Part shown: in pieces, positions 1 through 13,461 of the stretch
Numbering within the stretch: position 1 is the stretch's first letter
Layout of the letters: each line of letters opens with the position of its first letter
Assembly: GCA_951406725.2 (NCBI GenBank)
Contig: OX597826.1
Coordinates: forward strand, 68,696,001-68,760,000
Source of the DNA: Octopus vulgaris
Lineage: Eukaryota
Direction of reading: 5' to 3'
Length of the DNA stretch: 64,000 nucleotides
The notes under the pieces: model-generated
What the model was told of the DNA's origin: nothing
The model's input: the letters and a program-made list of their open reading frames with translations, nothing else
The model's database searches: none
Program-made: the position numbers and the translations under genes

Positions 1-1103
1 TCGTAGAATTCGGTACCTAGAAATCTCCACTGAGCTAGTATTCTCAAGCCGATGGCTTTTCTGTCAAGATTAATCCATTTTCTCTAAAGGAGCGAAGCAC
101 TGATCTAGTTTGAAAAGACCTGGGGAAAACCGGTGATAAACGTCCGGCATATACACATACGCATGCAGACTCAAAAACAGACATACACAGACACGCACAC
201 GCACACACACACACGCATAAACAAAGGCATACAGTTTTTATACCATCGAATTCGCATGAAGAAACAAAACCTTTTAAAATAGAAACACAGGTAAGTAATG
301 ATGACTTACATATTTTTTTCTTCATACGTTCCGGTTGATTCGAACGTGAACACACTAAATGTATTTCATCACAAGAAAACAGTTCCTTTACGATGAATTT
401 GTGTTCATAACACACTCGTTTTATTTGTACAAGGGACTCTGACTCACACAGCGTTTCGACCTTGTTTTATCTCCTCAGTTAGCGATTCCCCACCAGCTTT
501 ATGTATCTAACAAACTTTGAAGTATTGTTTATAACTTTAGCCAACAAAAGCTTTGCTGATCTGTGCAGACATCTACTAATCGGTAATAAATCAGCATGTG
601 CACGAAGCGGTTTCTTTGCTACTTGAACAATTCAAAGAAACGTACAAATCCCGGCATGACATCTCATTGAGCGTATATAAGTTATTAACAATCGTGTGAA
701 TCATAAACAAAGACGTTTCGGATATGTACCACAGTGAATCATGATACATATGTGACCGTTTTTGATGATTAAGGGTGACATCTGTTACAGCATGTGTTAT
801 TATATAAGAGAATGCTGCAAGTATAGACATCGGCGTGAATGACGAAAATAGGAATAGCTATCATGGGAATATATTTATTGCTTTGTCTCCTCATTTTGGG
901 TAAGTAGCTTGAAATAATAACTAATGTTCATTCACTTTGGTATTTAAGATAAACATACAAAGGTGTATTATACAGGCATTCGAAATACGTCTTAAACTGT
1001 AGGAAGGATCACTGCGTCCGCATCACAAACAGTGCAGTTCTACTTCGTAAGATGCTGACCCCGCCTCCCACTCACATACAGTCCTGTTGCTTGATTGATA
1101 CCT

Positions 1104-1334
1104 ATTTCTTTATTACCCACAAGGGGCTAAACACAGAGGGGACAAACAAGGACATACATAGGTATTAAGTCGATTACATCGACCCCAGTGCGTAACTGGT
1201 ACTTAGTTTATCGACCCCGAAAGGATGAAAGGCAAAGTCGACCTCGGCGGAATTCGAACTCACAACGTAACGCAGACGAAATACCGCTAAGCATTTCGCC
1301 CGGCGTGCTAACGTTTCTGTCAGCTCGCCGCCTT
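1104..1334 (-). mobile_element. SINE family A monomer (tRNA-like head, Meta-domain-like body)
   Basis: Head GGCGGCGAGCTG..CAGAAACGTTAGC, B-box GTTCGAATTCC, body GCCTTTCATCCTTTCGGGGTCGATAAA..AGTACCAG. TSD cttgattg(a/g)tacct at 1090-1103 and 1335-1348. Several other copies in the window. Confidence 0.85.
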
Positions 1335-1842
1335 CTTGATTGGTACCTTGAGGTTGATCACCCTTCATTAGGCCACAATTACAAAACAAAGAGTTACTCG
1401 TGTTGTACATATGAAGTTGGAATAAGCGGTTCCAAATATTTTAATGCCAGAAAACTGTATCAGTCCTAAAGTAGGCTTCATTTCTTTGGACAATATCAGT
1501 GAAGTGAAGAGGGGAGACTTTCACTACGAAAACGTTCTCCAAGTCTGATCATTCAGATTTTAGATATATGACCATCCTGACATGGGAAACATAAATATAG
1601 CTGGAACTATATTATCAAATGTATTGAAATTTTAAGATGATAAGCTCTAATCATTAGCAGATCAATACGCCACCTTCGATTAAACATTATATATGATTCC
1701 CGAATTGTCTTTTGAGAACTGTAGTAAAATCTGGAGTCGTTAAATTAGATTTTGCCAATAGTATTTAAAATGAACGATGACCCCTGTTAATATCAAATAA
1801 AATTGGTCATTACAGACCCTTCTTTTATATTTTATATGTTAT

Positions 1843-2333
1843 TTGTTTCAGTCATTTGACTGCGGCTATGCTGGGGCAACATCTTAATGGGTGTTTTTTT
1901 TTTTTTTTAGTCGAACAAATAGACACCAGCATTTCTGTCTTTTTTTTTTTTTTTCAAAGCCTTAAACCTACTCTATCGGTCGGTTTTGCCGAACTGCTAG
2001 GCTATGGGGACGTAAACATACCGACACCGGTTTTCACGCGGTAGTGGGAGACAAATACATACACAATGACGCAAAGACAAACACACACACACACGCACAC
2101 ACATACACACACTCGCACGCACGCACACACACACACACACAAAGACACACACGCATATGTATATAGATAAGACAGGCTTCTTTCAGTTTATGTCTAACAA
2201 ATCCATTCACCACGCATTTTTCTGCGCGAGAATACAGTAGAAGACACTTGCCCAATGTGCCACGCAGTGGGACTGAACCCGGAACCTGTTGGTTTTGAAG
2301 TAATCTTCTTACTACACAGTCACGCCTGAGCCT
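1843..2333 (-). mobile_element. SINE family B, diverged copy
   Basis: Aligns by eye to the copy at 28905-29320: GGTTCAGTCCCACTGCGTGGCAC, TTGGGCAAGTGTCTTCT, internal (CA)n, tail GCAGTCAAATGACTGAAAC. Confidence 0.75.
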
Positions 2334-2508
2334 ATGGAGACAAAATATTATTACCAACTACCTCGACGACATTTCACCGCATGTCACATTAACTACAGAC
2401 AAGTCATAAGTCCCTGATCACACACAACGCTGAAAACTTAAGACATTATCAGAAAACACAAAATAGTCAAGTTACATATTGAATGCGTAAATAATATTTC
2501 CGCTAGGC

Positions 2509-3338
2509 AAGGCGACGTGCTGGCAGAAACGTTAGCACGCCGGGCGAAATGCTTAGCGACATTTCGTCTGCCGTTACGTAATGAGTTCAAATTCCGCCAA
2601 GGTCGACTTTGCCTTTTATCTTTCGGGCTCGATTAAATAAGTACCAGTTACACACTGGAGTCGATATATTCGACTTAATCGCTTTGTCTGTCCTTGTTTG
2701 TCCCCTCTGCGTGTAGTCCTTTATGGACAATAAAGAAATAAGAAACGTTCTTACGCCTAGCGAAACACTTTGCGGTATTTTGTCTGCCGTTACGTTCTCT
2801 GTACAAATTCCGCCGAGGTCGATTTTGCCGTTCATCCTTTCGGGGTCGTTAAATTAAATACCAGTTACGCACTGGGGTCGTTGTAATCAACTTAATCCCC
2901 TTGTCCATGTTTGTCCTCTCTATATTTAGTCCCTTGGGGGCAGTAAATAAATAAGAAACGTTAGCATGCCGCGCGAAATGCTGAGCGGTATTTCGTCTGT
3001 TTTTACGTCCTGAGTTCAAATTCCTCCGAGGTCGACTTTGCTTGTCATCCTTTCGGGGTCGATAAATTAAGTACCAGTTACGCACTGGGGTCGATCGAAT
3101 CGACTTAATACCTATGTCTGTCCTTGTTTGTCCCCTCTGTGTTTAGCCCCTTGTGGGTAATAAAGAAATAGGTATTTCGTCTGTTTTTACGTCCTGAGCT
3201 CAAATTCCTCCGAGGTCGACTTTGCTTGTCATCTTTTCGGGTTGATAAATTAAGTACCACTTTCGTACTGGGGTCGATCTAATCGACTGCTCCCCTTCCC
3301 CGAAGATTTTGGGCCTTGTGCCTAGAGTAGAAAAGAAT
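2509..3338 (+). mobile_element. SINE family A tandem concatemer (4 units)
   Basis: Four repeats of GTTCAAATTCCGCCGAGGTCGACTTTG...GTACCAGTTACGCACTGGGGTCGAT. The last unit ends in a different tail, GGGCCTTGTGCCTAGAGTAGAAAAGAAT. Confidence 0.85.
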
Positions 3339-3617
3339 CTTTTCGCCGGGCGCCAAAAAAAAAAAATCTACCAAAACAAAAATATAACAGTGAACTTCAA
3401 AAGCCTATTGTCTTATCCTTAGTTCGTTACTGATTTCATTCTTTGGACTGCGTTGGAGAATATAGTCGAACAAATCGGTCCCAGCACTTCGTCCTATGCT
3501 TGTCACCATTCTATCACTTACGGGGCTGTAAACAAACCTACGCCAGTTATTAATATGTGTTAGGTAGGATAAACACAACACAGAACGGAACAAATTATAT
3601 ATATGTATATATATATG

Positions 3618-3690
<73 letters not shown>

Positions 3691-3705
3691 GCTTTTATTC
3701 TCTTA

Positions 3706-3912
3706 TTCTTTTACTTGTTTCAGTCATTTGACTGCGGCCAGGCTGGAGTACCACCTTACAGTCTTTGAGTCGAAGAGACCCACCCCAAAACTTTATTCCT
3801 TGTGAACCTACTACTTATTCTATCGGTGTCTTTAGCCGAACCGCTAGCTTACGGGGACATATACTTGCCAGTACTGTTTATCAAGCGATGGTGGGGTGGC
3901 AAACACCGACAC
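3706..3912 (-). mobile_element. SINE family B, 3' fragment
   Basis: CTTTTACTTGTTTCAGTCATTTGACTGCGGCC...TACTTATTCTATCGGT..GCCGAACCGCTA matches the family B 3' half. Confidence 0.7.
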
Positions 3913-3979
3913 ACACACACAGAGGTACATACATACGTGCAAACACACATACACACACATACACACATATATATATATT

Positions 3980-4052
<73 letters not shown>

Positions 4053-4454
4053 GTAGTTATATATTTTGATTGTTATACAGACTGCGCTGTGAAGTATTCA
4101 AGTAGACAACCTGAAACGTGAGATATATCTACATTATATTTAAAACGAGAATTCAGGTAGCTTCAATAACTTAGAATAATATTACAGCATATACTCAGCC
4201 ATAAAACCGGTGTATACAAATTATTAAAATATATATCTAATGTTTCACTCATTAACATATTAAAAAATATTTAAAATTTACAGATACATAAATACGTCAA
4301 AGACTCCTGATGCCATTGAGGAATATATATGGGGAGGCCCTTCTCTAAAAACTAATGAACTAATTAATAGCATGAGATGGATTAGCGAAGATTTGCGTAT
4401 TTTTATTTAAGTATATTTTTATATATTTATGAATCTGTAAATTTTTGATATGTT

Positions 4455-5085
4455 CTAATATTTGGCTTCCTTGGTCATGTTGGTGATATGAAGGTGGGCG
4501 TTGTCGTGCATCAGAAAAGCTCCATGCTGACGAGTAGGTCTTTTCTCTTGAATAGCCGTGTTGAGTCGTTCCATCTGCTGAACATAGAGTTCCGCGTTGA
4601 CCGTTTGGTTCCGTTCAACCAATTCGTAATGGATAATCCCTTCCCAGTCCCACCATACGCACAACATCGTTTTACGTGGACGAAGACCTTGTTTGACGCG
4701 CGTTGTCGCTTGTTTACCAGGGCTTGTTTACTTATGCTGCTTCTTATTCATGTACAGGCACCATTTTTCGTCGCCAGTAACAATTCACTAAAGAAATCGT
4801 TGCTTGTGCCCATGAGTTGAGCGGTGACGAGCAAGCAAACCAGTGGAAATTGTGGCTCGTTGATTTTTGTTGTTGTTGTCACTTAAAGCGTGCGGAACCC
4901 ATGCTGCCATACTTCTGAACCTTTCCCAGTGAGTGAAGATGCTTCTCTATAGTAATGTGTGAGAATTGCATTTTCTCCCTTGTCGTTTGGCGAGAATTTT
5001 CCTGCACAAGTTGGTTTAATCGCCCTTCATTGAACTCAACTAGACGGCCAGAACGAGGTGCGCCCCTGAGGTCAAAATTTCTATT
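4455..5085 (-). mobile_element. mariner-family transposase remnant
   Basis: Minus-strand peptides GAPRSGRLVEF, IVTGDEKWCLY, KTMLCVWWDWEGIIHYELV and LMHDNAHLH are mariner HTH/DDD-region motifs. Frameshifted and truncated. Confidence 0.9.
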
Positions 5086-5169
5086 CATCCAATACATATG
5101 AATAAATAGACATAATGGAACGTTTACCTGCTGATGTCTGCCTTGTACCCTCTGCACTTTCTTATTTGC

Positions 5170-5424
<255 letters not shown>

Positions 5425-5456
5425 TATATACACACACACGCGCGCGCGCGCGTGCA

Positions 5457-5512
<56 letters not shown>

Positions 5513-6215
5513 AGGGAATATTATTCCAAACTTACAGAGGTGCAAATGAGGGTAGCTATATCAAAGTCCATTCTTCACCAAGTGCCACATATTAGAAAAA
5601 AGCTCTTAGTAATAACAGTGTAGCGCAAAACGGCGGTGCATCAGCATTGCCAGAGCTCTGAGCTGAAACTAGAAATATATATATATGAAAAAAAATATAT
5701 ATATATACGGAAAGGGCGCTGACAACTTCCTGGCTTTGGCTAAAAGATAATATAAGAGTCAGTTATTTGTGATGTTATTCAGATTCACACTCTCGCCCAG
5801 TTTTTTAAGCCCCGTAGAAGAACTCGGAACGTAGAGCTTCCAACCTGTGCCTTTGGAGACGTTATTAATGCCAGGATATTTTCAACGTATTGCGTGTTAA
5901 GACACATATTCCGTAAGGCGGGTATTAATGGTATATTTTCCTGTGTTTAGGCGCTTCGGGAAAAAGGGAAGTGTGCGAAAGAATGGGTGCCCGCAAGTGT
6001 TCAAAATATGTAGCTGGTAACAATCTGACACTTTTGGAATCTTGCAGGTAAGTACAATCTTACTACTACTACTACTACTACTACTACTACCTCCACTATA
6101 ACACTACCGCCACCACTAGTGATACTCCCACTACCACCACCCTTACTACCATATTCCACTTGCATCACTTCCACCAATGTTTCTATCACTAAAGTAATTA
6201 CTACTACTACTACAT

Positions 6216-6249
<34 letters not shown>

Positions 6250-6693
6250 CCCATCTACCTCCACTAAATCACTGCCACAACCGAAAATTACACCATAGCT
6301 ACCACCACCGCCGTTACTATTACAGTACCACTTTCCCCATTTCTATCACTACCACCACTACAACTGCCACCACTACCGCCTATACGTATTCTGTTACTAT
6401 TACCACCACTACCACCAGCACTCCTGATGGTATCGTTATTTAGTGGACTTCATACGTCAGTTCACTTTATGGGTCATTTTTATTTCATAAGGCGCACTCG
6501 ATGCATAATCTCGAGTACAGTCTAAGAGATGGATTCAAATATATAAACCTTACCACGCTCGGATTTTCCGAAGAGAGGAGTGAATATTTTCCATGATGTA
6601 CTTCATTAGCCATCAATTGATGTACCTTCAACCGTTTTCTCTTTTCAGCCATGCGATGGCTTTTATGTGAAAAAACATATATATATATATAAA

Positions 6694-7033
6694 TGGCACC
6701 TTGGGCAAGTGTCTTCTGCTATAGCCCCGGGCCGACCAATGCCTTGTGAGTGGCCTTGGAAGACAGAAACTGAAAGAAGCCCGTCGTATATTTGTATATA
6801 TATATATGTGTGTGCGTGTATGTTTGTGTGTCTGTGTTTGTCCCCCTAGCATTGCTTGACAACCGATGCTGGTGTGTTTACATCCCCGTTACTTAGCGGT
6901 TCGGCAAAAGAGACCGATAGAATAAGTACTGGGCTTACAAAAGAATAAGTCCCGGGGTCGAGTTGCTCGACTAAAGGCGGTGCTCCAGCATGGCCGCAGT
7001 CAAATTACTGAAACAAGTAAAAGACTAAAAGAG

Positions 7034-7035
<2 letters not shown>
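6694..7035 (+). mobile_element. SINE family B, 5'-truncated
   Basis: TGGCACCTTGGGCAAGTGTCTTCTG ... GCAGTCAAATTACTGAAACAAGTAAAAGA, with TA repeats on both sides. Confidence 0.85.
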
Positions 7036-7103
<68 letters not shown>

Positions 7104-8398
7104 TATATAGTAAAAGCGAACATTCTTGGGATAAGAATTTATATATTATATTAATGCATTAATGTAATGCTACATGTGTTTCTACATAACACATGTTTGT
7201 TTGTCACTTTATTATCACATGGTGTATTATCAAATAATGTTTAATAATATATTATATTTCTAAAAATAGGTATTACAAGCTATTCGATTAACAAACGGGT
7301 ATACATCTGAGTAAAATAAATTAGATAAATATAGATATTTAAAAATACGTTGACATATAGTCCCCGATATGTAGCTGGCGCCATCGCATGTCAATGCTTA
7401 TCGTAGCCCCCGACCTCTCTAGGGGTCTCATTATAAATTCTTACTGAAATCCAATTTGCCTATAATTCAACTAGATGTTCGAAAGAAAGAAATAACAATA
7501 TCGGATTTAACGTGGAAAATTATTTCAATATACCAAATTTGAAAATGTTTTAGGTAACTTAAAAATTTTACAATCTGACAGCAACAAGGAAGGCCCTAGA
7601 AAAGTAGAGAGACAGACATTTATAGGACGTGACACGCATATACACACACACACGCACACACACACATACACATACACACATTTATGTATGTATGTGTCTG
7701 CGTGTCTCTGTGTGAGAATTTCTTTGCAATGGACTGCAGAAAATCCACCTAACCAGTCTCTGCTTAAAGCTACATATATCCTACACTCACATTTCCTTCT
7801 CTGTGTGTTTGTGTGTGCGTGTGTGTGTGTTGCATCTATGTATTTAAGAATCTATGTAGGCAGCGTCGCGTGTATATGACAGCTGTATAAAGTTATCATC
7901 CCATTCCACCGACGTTCTCGCCTTCACTGATATAAACCACTCTCACTCTGCTGCTAAATTTCTGTCAGGCTAATACTTTGTTACACCCTTTCACCTTATC
8001 ATATAATTCCTCCAAAGCCAATTGGAGGCATATTATACATCTTTTATTGACATCCAGTTAGCCTATTATGGAACTGAATGTTAGTGTAACAAGTGGGCTA
8101 AGTCTCGTGAATATTGGTTCACTGGTTTAGGAAGTAATGAGTTAAAAGTCAGACAGACAAAAAACATTTATATAAAAGATATATATCTTATATATCAATG
8201 TCGTTATATATAAATGATAGTATATATATATATGAATGTATGTATATGATATATATATGATATATGGGCATATACAATATATATATTATATATATATGTA
8301 AGTATGTATGTATGTATATAAGTATAGCTGTATAGATGTAGTATGTACATATTCGTATGTCTATATGCATATATATATATATATATATATTATATTAT

Positions 8399-9262
8399 AT
8401 ACTAAGTAATTAAGGGTTTAGCAACGATTTGCCTCACCACACACCGAATTTAGAAATAGCAGTCAAAGAGTTATAGCTATTCTTTCTACTAAAAGGGAGA
8501 TCTCAGTAAAACCACAGCACTTGAAAGGCAAACACAAACAGGCAAGAGAGAACGAAATGACAGCAATCTATCATACAATTTTAAGTCACCTACGGACGTA
8601 CGTTTCGAGATTAAGTTTTAGGAAAGCATAAGAATTAGATAATTATGTCTTACCCAACTTCTTCTCTCATCAGCGTAGGACACTACAATTATGAATAATT
8701 GTATATTAAATTTCGAGATACTAGAAGGCATCATCTCAACTCAGTATCAGAGCGAGCTAAAACCGTTACCAGTATCACTAAATTCAAAGTGTGAATGAAA
8801 GTTCGTGTCAGCAACCCCTTCCCACCCGCGTATAGCCAAGACAAGATGTTGCGGTCATTTACTGGGATGAAATATGGTTATCAGTAATAAAATAGGGTAA
8901 AACTAATTAATTTGGAATAATCAATTAATTTCACCAAGTAGATTTCGGCATGTAAAAGCCTCGTTCGAGGAAAGTTTAAGTAATACTAAGTAATTAAGGG
9001 TTTAGCAACGATTTGCCTCACCACTTTCAAGTGCTGTGGTTTTACTGAGATCTCCTTTTAGTAGAAAGAATAGCTATAACTCTTTGACTGCTATTTCTAA
9101 ATTCGGTGTGTGGTGAGGCAAATCGTTGCTAAACCCTTAATTACTTAGTATTACTTAAACTTTCCTCGAACGAGGCTTTTACATGCCGAAATCTACTTGG
9201 TGAAATTAATTGATTATTCCAAATTAATTAGTTTTACCCTATTTTATTACTGATAACCATAT
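8399..9262 (-). mobile_element. Penelope-like pseudo-LTR composite: tandem partial repeat plus inverted copy
   Basis: 8399-8440 is directly repeated at 8984-9024 (period about 585 bp). 9024-9262 is the near-perfect reverse complement of 8399-8527 and 8872-9024. Contains a hammerhead; both ends abut TA-rich repeats. Confidence 0.75.
8589..8679 (-). ncRNA. type I hammerhead ribozyme motif
   Basis: Minus strand: CCUACG-CUGAUGA-GAGA...UCUC-GAAA-CGUACG-UC-CGUAGG. 6-bp stem I, intact core, long stem II, palindromic minimal stem III, GUC cleavage triplet. Confidence 0.85.
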
Positions 9263-9334
9263 TATATTATATATATATTATATATATTAATATTATATAT
9301 ATTATATATGATTATAAATATATATGTATATAAG

Positions 9335-9378
<44 letters not shown>

Positions 9379-9876
9379 AAATATGTATATATGTGGTGTG
9401 TGTGTGTGACACAAATTTTTACAATTATTGCAAAATGAAATCTTCCGAGTCGCCATTTGTTTTCTAGAATCACGGATGTATATATACATTGTTTAAAACG
9501 GAAAAAAAGTCTCCCTTCAAGATACTGTTATGAATACTTCAAGCACAAGTATATTTGGTTAAGATGTTCAGGTGAGTTAATTACGATACCCTTACTCTTA
9601 CTGCTGTATCTTTTAAACTTACTTATAAGAGTACTTACTTGCATTCAATTGAGTAGTAATTTCATACCTAAACGGCCAGTCTCATGTTCTCTGTACTGAA
9701 AGATAACATCTCTCGTACAACAGACACGTAATTAAAATCACACAGTATACGCTCGCAGTACGGAGACAAGCCAACCTGCCGGGGACCGAGAGAAAAAAAG
9801 ATCATATAATATCCATAGCCTTAGGTGTTCCCGCTTGGGAATTTACTAGGAAAATGCAATAACAATTGGTTCCGAT

Positions 9877-10177
9877 GTTTGTTCCTTCTCGAGCCACGCC
9901 TGGCTCATAGGGCCGGTTTCCAGGTTTCCTTGGCGTATAGGTTCCCCTCCTGGACAGGACGCCAGTCCGTCGTAGGTGAGCGGTAAGATGCAGGACGAAA
10001 GAGTGAGAGAAAGTTGTGGCGAAAGTGTCAGCAGAAGTTCGCCAATACCTTCTGTCGGACCTGCGCGGAGCTTAGGTGTTTCGCTCATAAACACACATAT
10101 CGCATAATCTGAGATTCGAACCCGTAATCCCTCGTCCGCGAGTCCGCTGCGCTAACCACTAGGCCACATGCATCCAC
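9877..10177 (-). mobile_element. SINE family D (tRNA-derived, V-domain-like 3' part)
   Basis: A-box TGGCCTAGTGG, B-box GGTTCGAATCT, 3' segment CGACGGACTGGCGTCCTGTCCAGG..GAAACC. Confidence 0.75.
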
Positions 10178-10436
10178 TAAAATAATAAATGCGCCCTTTT
10201 GAAGCCTAGCCATTCTCACGGGCTGGTTTCCTGGTTTCTATGGCGTATGTGTTCCCCAGCTGGACGGGATGCCAGTCCATCGCAGCGTTACTCAGTTTTG
10301 TCAGCTGAGTAGACTAGAGCAACGTGAAATGAAGTGTTTTGCTCAAGAACACAACGCGTCGCCCGGTCCAGGAACCGAAATCCCAATCTTACGATCATGT
10401 GGCTGACACCCTAACCCCTAAGCCACGCGTCTCCAC
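10178..10436 (-). mobile_element. SINE family C (tRNA-derived, CORE-like + V-like)
   Basis: Reverse complement of the copy at 51408-51670: TTCTTGAGCAAAACACTTCATTTCACGTTGCTC, CTGCGATGGACTGGC. Confidence 0.8.
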
Positions 10437-10600
10437 AAATGGTTTCGATAGGAAACTATGAAGAAATATCTGAAAACTATACCTCGATGAAACTCTCACG
10501 AATAGTGGCGGAGAAAATGGATGGATTATGTTGCTTTAAGTTGAAAATATCAGTTCAAAATTTTTTTTAGGGAATACATATATATATATATACATACATA

Positions 10601-10670
<70 letters not shown>

Positions 10671-10673
<3 letters not shown>

Positions 10674-10929
10674 CGGTGTCCATTTAAACATATAAACATT
10701 CGTGGGATTCAACACGCTGGAAAGAACAGGTAGGTTCTATAACCACAAAATTAGAGATTAAATTCAACAGGAATTTTGAATCGTGTTGAATCCCACGAGT
10801 GGATTCCTCGTGTGTTTAAATGTACACAGTATTTTATGGCTAATACATGGTCTTTTGGATTAAATTTTTACACCTTAGGCCACTGGAAATGAAATTTTAA
10901 AATAATTTTCCATTTCCCTTTGATATGAT

Positions 10930-10935
<6 letters not shown>
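10671..10935. repeat. fold-back element between (TA)n tracts
   Basis: Imperfect inverted arms at about 10671-10727 and 10782-10832 (TCGTGGGATTCAACACG / CGTGTTGAATCCCACGA). The terminal segment loosely resembles the ends of the 8.4-9.3 kb and 58.4-59.1 kb elements. Confidence 0.65.
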
Positions 10936-10976
<41 letters not shown>

Positions 10977-11699
10977 CGATTATTCTAGTTCTAAAATCAT
11001 CACATTTTAAAATATAATGTCGCTGCTTCGATCGAATTTTATGCAGCGCAGTTCAACTTAAGTAGTTAACGCTGTTACCGATTTAGTGAACGTGGAAGTA
11101 TGCATTAACATACAATGGAATACATACAACATAATTCAGAAGTCTCTTTAGCATTTAAATTATAAGTTATATTTTATATTTTACGGCGGTTTTGCTCGCA
11201 TTTTGTTAATGTTATTGCTATGGCGGGAAGAATAGGTAAATAGAAATATAGTAATTGTTGTAACTCTTTATTGGCTGATATATATATTTATCGTCATGCG
11301 AATTTAGCTTTCTTAATGAATTATACCAACGGAAAACATAAGCTTAGTTAAACAATTAGCAGCCTGATGCAAATATATCGATGATATTTCTATTACAATC
11401 TTCAATTATTTTTGAAAATTTGTTTGGAATGTATATCCAAAAGATCACCTAGTTAATAGACATGAGAACACGGTAGACGAAGTTAATTGATTAGAGGTTA
11501 TGATATTTTGTCTATTTAATAGTTTAAAATATATCTTCATAGTAATTACTTATTTAATTGGTATTAATATTTATGTCATTGCTTTACACTATTTGACTTA
11601 ATAATTATATACTTTTGTGTGCAGTCAGATCTGCAAGAAAGAATTCTAGATTTCCGCCCCTACATTTAAAGCAGTTCTTTGGTGGGGGACAACGATTAA

Positions 11700-12650
11700 A
11701 TTAAGCAGTAAATATTTGCTTTCTTCGCATCGTGAGGATGCTATTTTGTTTTGAAAGGGAATATTTTCTTTACCTTTTCTTTATTTCTTTTACTCAATCT
11801 TATGTTTTAAGCGGAAATATTCATTAAGATACATTTTCTCTTATTAAGGCGTTCATTTTATAGATTCATGTCTACATTGGTTTATTCTCATGTCATATCA
11901 TATTGAGGTGATTGGCGCTCGATTGTTCTAGATATGTTATTCCGCTGGTTCACATTTAGTTCGTTTTAATGGATTTTGTCTTTTACTCATGTCTTAGAAG
12001 CTGTTAGGTGGAAAAGTTCTAGAATATTTATTACTTGGTTTATTTTTGTCTACTGTATGTTCTTAAAACTCATTTATTGTTTAATAACTTCTGTATACTA
12101 TATTTACTTTGTTAATTAGTTTTAATATTTAGCTGTATTAAATTAATTTCAATATTTCCAAGGGTTGCAATATCCATTTTGCTTACAATTTTCTGTTTTC
12201 TATACGTTTTTTCTTAGTTTATTACCCATAGCTATATTACATTTTATATTTGAGATTTGCCGCTTGTATTAGTGTTTTATAACTATAAGCAGATGCAGAC
12301 ATAAGGAATATATTGCTCCTGCTCCTGATTCTCGTCTATTGATTTTCAGGTAGTATTTATCCTTTGATGTTGTAGACACCGCCAGCTTGAATGGCATTGC
12401 CCGGATATCGAAACCATAATAATATCCATTAAATATTTGATGATCAGGTGCATATATTTTGATAGGCTTGTTTATGTTTATTTCTTGTTCACTGAGAAAC
12501 CTCTGTGTCGCGTATTCTCGTGGTTTCATTAAGATTCTCCTTTTTGAAGAATTAAAATTTTTGAAGGTGTTCGTAGTTTACAGAGGTTTTGTCATCGATA
12601 CGTTATGCCATCCTATGATTTTGTTTGCTTATCCTCCACTGAGATTCTAT
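11700..12650 (-). mobile_element. heavily degraded Penelope-like RT-thumb/GIY-YIG remnant
   Basis: Broken minus-strand peptides resembling the PLE RT thumb (GVYNIK-D-YY, YIPY) and the endonuclease C-terminus (FPFQNK...). Many stops. Confidence 0.35.
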
Positions 12651-12664
12651 TTCTGTTAAGACTA

Positions 12665-12975
12665 AAGGCGCGTGGCACTGTGATTAGTGTATTCGACTCA
12701 TGATCGTAAGGTCGTGAGCTTGATTCTCGGCGACACGTTTTATCCTTGAGCGAGAAACTTTATTACACGTTGTTTCAGTGAAACAAAAATGCATAACATC
12801 TGTATGTCAAGCTGCCAGCGTTATCACATTCTGTGTCACACCGAATCCCCTTGAGAACTACGTTAAGGGTACGTGTATTTTTTGAGTGCTTAGCTACTTT
12901 CACGTTAATTTTCCGAGCAGGCTCTTCCGTAGATCGGATCAGCTGGAACCCTCATCTTCACAACCGTCGCAGTGT
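12665..12975 (+). mobile_element. diverged tRNA-derived SINE related to family C
   Basis: AGGCGCGTGGC..TGATCGTAAGGTCGTG..TTGATTC..TCCTTGAGCGAGAAACTTTATT head and CORE-like segment, with a different 3' part. Confidence 0.6.
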
Positions 12976-13053
12976 AAGTTTTGTTTATTTGTGTTAAAAT
13001 TTTAACTTGTCTAGGGCGTTGATATTTTATGGAAGTTTTGTTGCATATACATA

Positions 13054-13116
<63 letters not shown>

Positions 13117-13117
13117 G

Positions 13118-13184
<67 letters not shown>

Positions 13185-13191
<7 letters not shown>

Positions 13192-13401
13192 TGAAATATA
13201 ATTAATTTAATAAAATTAATAAATTTCACCTAGTAGTTTATCGGTATGGAAAAGACCATATTTGGTAAGGATTATATTGATTATAATAAAGGGTTAATTG
13301 CAACAAGTTGCTCAAAACCACGAAAATGCAAGAAATGCCATTTCTAGCATTTTCGGTATGTGGTTTTGAGCAACTTGTTGCAATTAACTCTTTATTATAT
13401 A

Positions 13402-13408
<7 letters not shown>
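13185..13408. repeat. fold-back element between (TA)n tracts
   Basis: Arms 13282-13336 and 13340-13399 are near-perfect inverted repeats. The left end AGGGTGAAAT..AATTTCACCTAGTAG resembles 8894-8941 and 58420-58475. Confidence 0.75.

Positions 13409-13461
<53 letters not shown>

Noticed and set aside
438-482. Hammerhead-like CUGAGGA..GAAAC on the minus strand
   Set aside because: No convincing stem I or stem III pairing around a cleavage triplet; may be decayed or chance.
2509-3338. Regularly spaced repeats superficially like a CRISPR array or tRNA cluster
   Set aside because: The inter-repeat sequences are homologous to each other, there are no cas genes, and no complete cloverleaf; these are SINE units.
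5707-5900. Possible mariner terminal fragment
   Set aside because: Resembles a mariner end but has no partner TIR or recognisable peptide; too degraded to call.
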